Assembly (NCBI GenBank): GCA_965112735.1
Contig: OZ218962.1
Span: 124,001-188,000 of the forward strand
From: Phaeosaccion multiseriatum
Lineage: Eukaryota > Protista > Ochrophyta, other classes
Length of the DNA: 64,000 bases
Direction: 5' to 3'
Shown here: positions 50,509 through 60,500 of the stretch, one piece after another
Numbering within the stretch: the first letter of the stretch is position 1
Layout: every line of letters begins with the position of its first letter
The notes under the pieces: generated by a model
What the model was told of the DNA's origin: nothing
Seen by the model: the letters and a program-made list of their open reading frames with translations, nothing else
The model's database searches: none
Translations under genes and position numbers: made by a program

Positions 50509-51284
50509 TCATGGGTAAGGCCAAGGGGATGGGAAAGCTATGGAACGGACACGTGACAGCCGTGACGGTGGCCCTCGAGTATCGCCGCCTCGGAGTGGCC
50601 ATGCAGTTCATGGACACCTGGTACAGTAAGCAAGTGCATAGAGTCACTGGGGGGGGGCGGGGGCTTGGAGCTGGGGAAGTGGAAGGCGCCCCACTGTGGT
50701 AGGAGTACGCCGCCCTTTGCTCTCGCCTGCCCCTCCTGAAGAAGCTCGGCCTCTGCCCATACTCCTCCCATGCCCTTGCCCTTGCCTTAGGAGGACGTGA
50801 CTGAGTATGTGTACAACGGGTACTTCGTGGACCTCTTCGTCCGCGTCAGCAACGCCCTGGCCATCGGCATGTACCGCTAGTTCGGGTACAGGTGAGAGAG
50901 AAGAGCAGACCAGGCCAGGCCAGAGAGAGTAGGGCAGAGAGGGCGAGAGCAGGACGAGAGCAGGACGAGAGCAGGGCGGGGGCGAGGGGGGCGGGGCTGG
51001 GCTCTCCGTGTCGAAGCCGGGCTGAGCAAATGGCTCTGAACGGCTCTTGGCTTTGGCCCATGGTCCACTGGCTCCGTGCCTCACGCGCCCCTCGTGCCCG
51101 TCTGCCCTGCCCTGCCCTGCCCTGCCCTGCCCTGGCCTGTATGACTAACTGCCCCGCCCTGCCCTGGCGTGTATGACCAACTGCCCTGCCCTGCCCTTGC
51201 CTGCCCGGCCCTGTCCTTCCCGCTTGCCGCTCAGCGTGTACCGCCAAGTCGTCGGCTACTGCAATGGCGAGAAATACGCCTACG
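50509..51284 (+). pseudogene. NAA20: Fragmentary pseudogene of the NatB catalytic subunit (N-alpha-acetyltransferase 20)
   Basis: Exon remnants 50509-50620 (MGKAKG...WNGHVTAVTVALEYRRLG, one base short), 50791-50891 (YFVDLFVRVSNALAIGMYR*FGY, in-frame TAG at 50878-50880) and 51235-51284 (VYRQVVGY). 5' exons and the final exon were not found. Confidence 0.85.
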
Positions 51285-52721
51285 GTGAATGGGAGGGGCG
51301 CTGGTTGAGGCCAATACCTAGTGTCAGGCGCTGGTTGAGGCCAATACCTAGTGTCAGTCCGCTCATTTCCCCTCCCCCTAAAAAGGGGCATGGGGCATGC
51401 CCTCCCTCGAGATGGCGACAAAGCCTCCGTCGTGCCGCTGCCTGCCCCCGTGCACCCTGAGGACCTGGAGTGGTGACGACAGCGTGACGACAGCGTGACG
51501 ACAGGACAGGACCAGGGGGGAGGCCTGAGGGGGGGGCGAGGGAGGGCATATAGATGATAACAGGAAAGTCGCCCAACCCTCGCGTCGGCTATGCGCGGCC
51601 CCGCCTCCCCTCCCTGTGTTCAAACTCTCGCGCACGCACCAGTGAGGCCGTGAAGGCTCCGTGCCCTCCGGAGCACACACCCCTGGCGTGTTTTTGGTGT
51701 CCACCTTTAGACCGACTGCCGACTGGCTGGCGCCGGCAAGAAACAGGAAACAGGCCGCGGCGCTTGTGCGGCTCCCTGACAGCAGCTACGCATGGTGCTT
51801 GCTCCACCGCCGCTCGGCTGCTCCTCGACATGCCTGGCCCAGCCAGTAGCTTCGAAAAAAAAGGGAAAAAGGAAACAAGTTTTGAGGGCGACTTTCGCCT
51901 CGATTTTCGTGAAAGTCGACCTCGAAATGTGCGAAAGTGGACACTGGCAACAAGCTGGGAGGCTAACCGGCTCGCGCCGGCAGAAACAGGGAACAGGGAA
52001 ACACGTCAGCGGTCGACCGGGTGTCAAGAGGGCCAACATGGGAGTCACTGGCCCGACCTGGTGTAAAGTCCCCAACGAGATTGGCGCGGCCCCCGCTTGG
52101 TGTTCTCACTATTGATCCTCTAGCTCGTCACAACACGTGCCGGTTGAAAGCCAACTTCGCAGACTCCTTCAGAAGGGTGTCTTTGACTTGTACGGGTCTG
52201 CTTAGTTTGGCTTACATTGCAATAGCACACACTTGCTTCCAGCTGGGGTTGTGGTCAGCCAGCCAGAGGTTTGGGCCTGTGCTCGTCGGAATGAGGCTGA
52301 TTGTACCATTGAAAGAGCTTGGTCGTTTACATGTCACGTGTATGTAAATAGGAAGTGTTTCTCTAGCGTCACAACCTTTCTCTTCTAATAAAACCTCTCT
52401 GTGCTCTCTATTCCCATTTCTCCACTGGCCCCAGTGGCCGCCATCGATATCCTACGTGATAACAAGGCTCCGGATACACTCTCAGAGCTCCGAGCCAGCT
52501 CTGATGCCGCGTCATATCCATCAGATGAAGCACCGCGTCCACAATACCCCCATCACAAATAAAGTTCTGCTCCCCGACCACCCGCATCCTCACGTGCTCC
52601 TGGCTGGCCGTGGCCCGCCCTTGCTTGTGCCTGCCTGCCTGCCTGCCTGCCCATCCCATTCTCCGCTCTCTCTTCTCACACGCAGCTCGATGCGGGTCGG
52701 GGGGGGGAAACCCTGCTCTTC

Positions 52722-53414
52722 TCAAAACGAGAGGCTGGGGAGGTCTGCGGGCTGGGTAGGCACCCCGGAGGAGTGGTGGTCCACAATGGCCCAGCCCGAC
52801 CTGATAGAATGGTCTTGCCTGTAGGTGAAGCTGTATCGCGCATTGACCTCCTTGCGGGTCTCCTCACCCTCTGGCTGCCATGAGAAAGTGTAGTAGCCGG
52901 TGTTGATGGCCACGGTCTCGGTCACCATTCGCGCGTACGGGCGGTACCTTGCCACCGAAAGGTCCGGCAGCTTGGCAAAGAACTTGAAGTACTCCAGAAT
53001 AGACTCGGGCGTGTTGCGAACCTCTTCTGACACGGTGCCCCACAGCGCAGCGTCCTTCGCGTACAAGGCCGCCGTGTCCTCGGGGGCAGTCTCCGTGCCG
53101 GAGGTGACAATCCTCAGCCACTCCTCGGTGGTCCAGCGGACATCCTCCAACGCCAACAAGGCCCTTGCCGTTGCCGTAGACGTACGGGTCTCGTCGGCCT
53201 CTGTTGGGGTTGGAGCGATGGCGATGCCGCCCGTGGTCACTGCTGCTACCCCGAGGTCATCGGGGGAGATGTCCTCGCCAGACTTCTTCGCTCCGGTCAC
53301 GTTCGTCCTGCGTGCAATCCCAGCTGCAGGCACGGTGGGCACGAAGGCCTGCACCATTGGTGCCAAGCCCGCCACAAGGGCCCAGCTGCAGTAGACGATG
53401 GTGGAGGATTTCAT
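52722..53414 (-). CDS. Plastid-targeted iota-class carbonic anhydrase-like protein (COG4875/LCIP63, SnoaL/CaMKII-AD fold)
   Basis: Signal peptide + VQA-FVP; ALYAKDAALWGTVS, TPESILEYF, GYYTF, ARYSFTY, WAIVDHHSS (HHSS motif). Intronless. Confidence 0.85.
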   Translation of the reverse strand: MKSSTIVYCSWALVAGLAPMVQAFVPTVPAAGIARRTNVTGAKKSGEDISPDDLGVAAVTTGGIAIAPTPTEADETRTSTATARALLALEDVRWTTEEWLRIVTSGTETAPEDTAALYAKDAALWGTVSEEVRNTPESILEYFKFFAKLPDLSVARYRPYARMVTETVAINTGYYTFSWQPEGEETRKEVNARYSFTYRQDHSIRSGWAIVDHHSSGVPTQPADLPSLSF

Positions 53415-53493
53415 GGTGGATAGACGGCTTGACCCTTTAAAGTTTTTTTGGTACGTTGTTTTGTTTGTGAGAAGCTATGTGCCTACTACGCGC

Positions 53494-53570
53494 GGCAGGT
53501 GGCCTCGTGGCAGGCGGCCTGCGTGGCAGGCGGCCTAAAGGCAGGCGGCCTAAAGGCAGGCGGCCTAAAA
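53494..53570. repeat. Five about 15-bp tandem units with core GGCAGGCGGCCT, upstream of the iota-CA gene
   Basis: Cores at about 53494, 53509, 53525, 53540 and 53555. Confidence 0.85.
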
Positions 53571-54037
53571 AAGCGAAACACGCACGGCCTAAGGATGAGA
53601 AAGGGCTAGCGTGGTCGATCAAAAGAGGACGAAGAGGGGCGGCGAATAATAATAACGAATAAAAACAAAAAAGAAGGAAAAAAAAACATGTGCGAGGCAT
53701 ATGGAAATCGCGATCGCGCGTGATCAGCCACGATCGCGCGCGTACATGAAAGTTTTAATTTCGTGTGGGCCCCTGGCGCTCGCCAGCGTCGCTCCCTGAG
53801 CTGCTGGCTTTTGGTCGCAGCCCACAGGAATGGGGGATTGGGACAACCCCCCCTCCAAGAAAAAAGTCCTGCATGGGGCCGATCCTCTGGCGAAGGCGGG
53901 AGCGAGAGGCGGAGGGAGGGAAGGATCGAAGGAAGGAGGGAGGGGGGGGGGGGGAAATCTAATGCTACATTAAGCATTCCACATTCTGTTGCCCTCGCCT
54001 TCGCCCTCGTTTGTTGTACATGCCTATTGAGAGAGAG

Positions 54038-54242
54038 TCGACCCCTGACACACTATCCGCTATCCGCTATCGCCGGCGCCAGCCGGCGCGCTATCCGCTA
54101 TCGCCGGCGCAGCCGGCGCGCTATCCGCTATCGGCCGGCGCCAGCCGGCACGCTATCCGCTATCGGCCGGCGCCAGCCGGCACGCTATCCGCTATCGATA
54201 GCGCGCTATCGAGAATGTGGGCGATAGTGTGTCAGGGGTCGA
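54038..54242. mobile_element. MITE copy 2 (197-bp element 54042-54238, TCGA on both sides, internal about 31-bp tandem repeats)
   Basis: Perfect inverted repeat TCGA-CCCCTGACACACTATC ... GATAGTGTGTCAGGGG-TCGA. Confidence 0.85.
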
Positions 54243-54343
54243 AGAGAGAGAGAAAAAAAGAGAAGGTGCGTGGCGATGGCAGTTAATGTACCACAATAAG
54301 TCAATTAACGAGTTGTGCGGGCCAAAAATTCCATTTTTGGGAA

Positions 54344-55617
54344 ATGGCTACCCTGCACAGCGCACAGCAGAAACTTCTCCCGCTGCTGCTGCTCCTGCTG
54401 GTGCCGAGTGTGGTGATTGGGTTTTACCCACGGGTTCCGCTCTTTAAGGCTCCTGCCACCACCAGAAAAGGCGCTCCCCCGCCCTCGGCGAGCAGCAGCC
54501 AAGTATGCACTGACTCGCTGGCAGATGGCGCGGTGCGGGCCCTCGTGGAGGCGTTTGCCGGAGATTTTGACAATTACGAGCAAGTGCGGTGGGAGAGGCA
54601 GGAGGAGGGGCTCACACCTGGCCCCGGGGGCGGACACGAGAACATACACTGCCGCATTTCGCCCATTGCCATTCCCGTGGGCGAGGTTGACAAGGAGGAG
54701 CACGAGCAGGGCCGACGTTTCCCCCTGCAGCTTCTGGAGGGTGGTGGGGAGGGGATCACGGGGGCAGTGAGTGCCAAGTACTACTTCAATGGGTAAGAAG
54801 GGGCGGGGTGTGCAGAGGGAGGGTCGCAGAGAGGAAAGGAGGCAGAGCATACGTACGCTGTTTGCAACCCCTCCTCACGGTACTCCTTCCTGCTGACACT
54901 ACTGCTGGCGACGGACAGACTTCCCTCGGTGGTGTTTCGGTATCGAATCTACACGTTTCGCGCGATGCCTCCGAAAGGAGGAGAGAGCGGGGGCGTGGAA
55001 ATGCGACTGTGGAGGCTGCTGCCAGAGGTGAGCGGAGGCAAATGCGCGCCGGACAAAGTTGCGTCCATTTAAGCCGCCTCCTTTTGTGCACCACTCCGGT
55101 GCGCGGGGAAGGAGGGTCGGGACAACCCCTGAGGCGGGAAGAGCTGTTCGGGGAAGCATGTGGACGGGGAAGACATCTCCAATCACCTGGGCCTCTCTGT
55201 GCCTCGCGTCTCTGTGCGTCGCTCTACCCCACAGGTGGAGGCCCTGCTACGCAAAGAGGCATACTCTTGGGGGGCTTTTGACTGGCGGGAGGCGGCTCAA
55301 GCTGTCAGCAGCACGGGCGACGCCTCTCCTTCGACAACGGCGCCCCCTGTCGCTGAGCGCATGGTGGGTTGCGAGATCGGCTGGACAGTGGCCGCTCAAG
55401 GAAACGCAGGAGGGGAGGAAGGAGGTACAGGAGAGGCGCAAGGCCCGCTCCTCTTTGAAGGCCTCATGGCAGGCGGGGACGGCCAAGACGGCACCTGGAT
55501 CACCTCCCAGACAAACGCCTCCCTGGAGATACTCATCAAGGTGAGATGCAGTTTGGATACATCGCCCTGCATCACGCTCTTTGCTCTTTGCTTTCCTTCT
55601 TCTGACATGGGACACTC

Positions 55618-55648
<31 letters not shown>

Positions 55649-55812
55649 TTCGCACAGGATGACTTGAAACTGTTTGAGGAGGAGCTGTGGGTGAACGACA
55701 GAGGATTCGACAGGTGCGTACCGTCCCACGTGCGATGTGCCGTACGCCATCAACACGAGGGGTCCAGAGGTCTCCACTCGAGGCAATGGCCCTAGTCAGT
55801 CAGTCTCCCCGG

Positions 55813-55860
<48 letters not shown>

Positions 55861-56127
55861 GCTGGTGCAGTGTCTCACGTCTCCTGCTTCGCGTTATGAG
55901 CCTTCTTCTCACCTCGGACTCGCCCCCCTTCTCCCCATATGCCTCTGTCCAGGGAGGGCAATTTTGTGTACGGCAACCAGAGAAACGTGCCGTACAAGCT
56001 GCAGAGAGTGCGCCCCAAGGGGGGCTTGGAGTGGACCCTGGGGGGTGCGCACTGCCCCGCCGCGCTGTACAAGGAAAAGATGGAGGCCATTGGCGAGGCC
56101 GTGAGGCCGCAACGGCCAAAGGCGTAA
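54344..56127 (+). CDS. CpcT/CpeT (T-type bilin lyase / CRUMPLED LEAF)-like protein, probably plastid-targeted
   Basis: Signal peptide + IG-FYP; AGDFDNYEQ, GHENIHC, FRYRIY, GCEIGW, LWVNDRGFD, FVYGNQRNVPYKLQR. Exons: 54344-54792, 54919-55027, 55235-55540, 55658-55713, 55953-56127. Confidence 0.8.
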
Positions 56128-57094
56128 GCGGCCAAAGGCGCCGGCTCCTTCGCGGGGGAGGGCCGTGACGCGAGTTAGTGACCTTTTGCTTCACTTCAAT
56201 GTGCTTCATTCAGTTCAGTCTCTCTGAGCTTTACTCTGCCTGGGAACAACAACATGACCATGCATCTCTGGAGTGGCGCTGGGGACGACAGCGCCTCCAG
56301 CAGCGGCAGCACGGCCAGGCATCAAGAGCGACTCCAAAGCTTTGGTTTGGCCTTTCAGAACCTGCCAAGTGGGGTGCATCTCTTCGTGCTTCTCTTCTCT
56401 TCGGACCAGGGCAGTATCGAGGGAGGACGGGCCACCCTTCTGGATTGAACCCCCCCCCCCCCTGCGGGTATGTCCAGAGTACCACGGACTCTCTGCCGAT
56501 TGGTGCCAGGCCCTGCTGGCAGAGGGCTACAGACAGGGCTTGTGAAACAGGGCTGTGTTAAGGCTCGACTCTCACCTCCCCAGCAGGGGCCGTGCTTCGC
56601 TTGTTTGGCTTCCCTCAAGTGCCTTCCATTGGTTGCTTAAGGGGTTAGTGTGATCCCAAGGGGGCTCTGGCGAAGTCTACGCTGCCCACCGCACCCCACC
56701 CCCCTGCTAGAGCTTTCGGCTTTCAGTAGAGGACACGCACATGTACTTGGGTACAGGGGGAGGAAGAGGAGGCGACACAACACACACATACATGTGTGTG
56801 TAAACACCACACCGACTGTTGTGAAACCTAAACGTGGTGCCTCACACTGTACTGTACCGGATTGGATTGGTAATAACCCGCAACAGCAGGGGCAAAGTGA
56901 GAAGCCACATTGAAAGGAGCACAGAAGGGGGACTGGTAAGACGATAATGATAATACATTCATTGCCTGCTGACCTCTTCCCTATGGGGTGAAACGTTCGG
57001 AACCTCCAGTCTCCCTGCTACACTGCTCACTGCTACTATACACTGCCTGCCTTGCATATGCCTGGGGCGGGGGGTGCCCTGCCATGGAGCCCCC

Positions 57095-57190
57095 CCCTCC
57101 CCCATGACATTCACATTCCATCCGCTACCATCCACTGCCATCCCCTCCCCCATGACATTCACATTCCATCCGCTGCCATCCACTGCCATC
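57095..57190. repeat. 48-bp tandem duplication
   Basis: CCCTCCCCCATGACATTCACATTCCATCCGCT(A/G)CCATCCACTGCCATC x2. Confidence 0.85.
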
Positions 57191-57552
57191 CGATGATCCA
57201 CTCACTCGGAGGACTGCAGCCCTGCCGCCGACTCGCTTCTTGGCTTCGCATCGACACAAGCCAAGCAACTTGGCTCCCACCTCGCTCCACGCACAGGCAC
57301 AGGCACAGGCCGGCTGGAGACAAGAGGCGCGTACACCCAGCCCTCCCTTTGTCTCCGGGCACAAGTGCCGCCACGCCTGGGTTCCTTCCCTGACTCTCCA
57401 GTGTTTGGGGACGTCAACTACACCATAACAACAACAAACACAAAAACCGTAACTGCCTACGACATGCATGGGTGCGTGCGCGTGTGCCTCTCCCCTCTCC
57501 CGCTGTTTCCTCTACGAGGCTGCTCCTCTACGAGGCTGCTCCTTCTCCTCTG

Positions 57553-60500
57553 CTAGAGAGGCTCGTCGGGCGGCGGTGGCGGTGGCATCCCCCCGAGGCG
57601 GAAGGCATGGCCCGGCGGGAAGTTCGCGGCGGGCACGAGAAGGGCGGCGGGGCGGTGGGGTGGCGGAGGCCCAGGGAAGTGAGCGAAGGCCTGTGCCGGC
57701 CGCGCCGCATGCGGAGCAGCCGCCGCCGCCGGAGGAGGACGAGGAGCAGGAGGAGGAGGAGGACGCTCTCCAGCCCCCCGACCACGAGCGAAGGGCAAGT
57801 CGAAGTCATACGGGTGCGCAAGATGGGGCACCGGAGGAAGAGGAGGAGGGTTTCCTCGTCTGGCGGCAGCGTAAGGCTCCCCGCCCCCGTACGCATGGGC
57901 TCCTGCTGCTCCTCCTCCTGCTGCTGCTCCTCCTGCTGCTCCTGCTGCTCCTCCTCCGCGTCCTCTTTCTCGTCTTGCGTGCAGTGCTGCAGCAAGGGCT
58001 GCTGCCCGTTCCGCCGCTCTGTGTGCTGCTGCTGGTACCCCTGCCCTCCTACGCCCCCCCCCCCTCGCCGCGAAGGCCGCCTGCATGCGCTGAATCTCTG
58101 CCTGCAGATGCCTCGCAGCGTCGCCTGCTGCCGCCGCCATAGCTCTCACTGCCGGATGTCGATCGCCCTCCATCGGATGCCCCCTATATACTCGTGCATG
58201 CACGGGGCGGCCATGCGCGTCCATGCCCCTGCCAAGGTCGTCGTCCACAAGGTCGGAAATCTTCGCCGAGAGGAGAGGGGAGAGAGGAGGGACAGGAGGG
58301 AGGAAAGAGAAGAGGAGAGGAGTTGAGTTGGTTGAGAGAGAGGAGACGAGAGAGAGGAGATAGAAGAGGAGGGAGACAGAGAACGAGATCGGAATGAGTT
58401 GGAAGGAGAGAGGGTGGAGAGAGGAGAGAGGAGAGGTAGATTGAGGGGGGAGGGGGGGTGAGGGGGCCAAAGGAGAGAGGAGGGGGGGTGGGATGACAAG
58501 CAGACACGAGTCCTGTGTGTGATACTTTAGGATACAGAGGGAGGGGGATGCTGAGGGAGAGGGGAGAGGAAAGACGGAGGGAGATTCGGATGGGTTGGGA
58601 GGGAGAGGGGAGAGGAAAGACGGAGGGAGATTCGGATGGGTTGGGAGGGAGAGGGGAGAGGAAAGACGGAGGGAGATTCGGATGGGTTGGGAGGGAAGAG
58701 GAGAGATGTGGGGACTGGAAACAGGGGAGAGGAGAGAGAAGTGGAGAGAGTTTGGGACTCGTTTGTTCCTTTGTTCAGCAGTTACCGCCCCTTTGTTCGG
58801 CAGTTACCGCCCCTTTGTTCGGCAGTTACCGCCCCTTTGCTCGCGAGGGATTGGACCCGAGAGGGACGGCAAGAGGGAGACGGCCACCGCCAAGATGTCT
58901 CCATCCGTCTGCTGCCATCCCTCGCTGCCACACTCACACCCACACAAACACAGCCACATCCATGCCCCACCCACGCACACACCCACGCACACACACACCT
59001 TGACTTTGCTGACGTCGAGGCCGTCCCTTGCTGCCTGTGCTTTGACCCTCTCCGCGGCCTCATGACAGGCGCGTTTGTCGTCCTCGTCTGTGTTGGAGAA
59101 GAGCTTACACTTGCCGCAGCGGGAGTGGTCGCAGTGCGGAGTCTGCGAGATGGCAGGGGATGGCAGGGGGAAGAAGCAGATGGGGATGACAGGGCAGAGA
59201 AGGACGAAGGGTCAGAGGGGGGAGCTCCATCATTCGCAAGCACCACACAATCCGCACAACAATGTGAGGAGGCCTCCAGACATATGTCACAATTGGAAGG
59301 AACATCACCTAACATGTTTCTCGCTCTCACATTCGCACACGACATTCACAACTTGCCCTTGCCCTTTCCCTCCCTCCGTCCGTCCCCTCCCCTCCCTCCA
59401 CCTCCCCCTCTCTTCTGCTTCTCTCGTCCCTCTTTCTCTCCCACCTGACAGAAGTGCTTGTAACCGACTTTCTTGGGAATCTCCACCCTGCACACGTAGC
59501 AGCTCAGCGTACCGCACGCCGGACACGTCATCTTGTTGCAGCCTGCGTCCTTGAGGAAGGGCTTTTGGCAGCGCTGACTCGGGCAGCGACGCATGCGAGC
59601 TTCAGCCATAGCCTCCTCCATCGTTACGCGGCCCTTCTCCTCCGCCTTCTTCTCCACCTTGTGGGGAAGGGAGGGGAGGGGAGGGGAGAGGGGAGGATAG
59701 GGGCAGAGGACAGTCCATGAGGACATGCTGGAGGAGAAGAAGAAGAAAGGTTGGCCCTTCACGGAGGATTCAGCCCCTCGGCTGTGGCCTCTGCCCTGAC
59801 GACTGACTCTTGACTGACTGCCGGACTGACTGACTGACTGACTGACTGAGTGACTGACTGACCTCATCGCAGGAGAGGGGCAGGTGTGGTTCCCCCTTGC
59901 AGCCCCTACACGAGTCCCTCCCGCAGCCCCCCTCGCTGGGCGGAGGGCAGCTGAAGATCTTGTCCCCCTCGTCCAGCATGGCCTGAGGGGTGAGGGAGTG
60001 AGGAGTGAGGGAGGGGCAGAATTGCATGGGTCAGGGGGTGAGGAAAGAGCAGCAGGCCAACGCCAACGGGCTCTTTCTTGGGTATCGGCGCGGGCCTTGC
60101 TACACTGAGCCCAAGAGAGGGATCAATGACGTTCAGACAATGGCGTTCAGACAGAGAGGTTCATCCTGATGGGCACTGGGTGCTAGTCACCGACCGCTCT
60201 CCATGGGTGCATCACACGCTATCTGTGTGCCTCTCTCTGCCTCTGTCTCTCTCCACTCTTCTCTACTTCTTGTACCTACACACCTTGTACTGGCAATGCG
60301 GGCACTCCTCCAGGCCCTCGATGTTGGCCTCGGAGATGGCCTTGGCCGCTGACGCTTCCTGCAGCTTCTGGTACACCTGCAGCAGTTGGTGATACAGCAA
60401 CAGCAGTATCGAGGCCAGACACCACAAGGCAGCAGCGGTCAGCAACAGCACAGCCCCCACCTTCGACACGGGCACTTCGATGCCGCATAGAGAGGAAACG

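Noticed and set aside
56178-56620. Several short ORFs downstream of the CpcT-like gene
   Set aside because: No recognisable motif or consistent exon structure.
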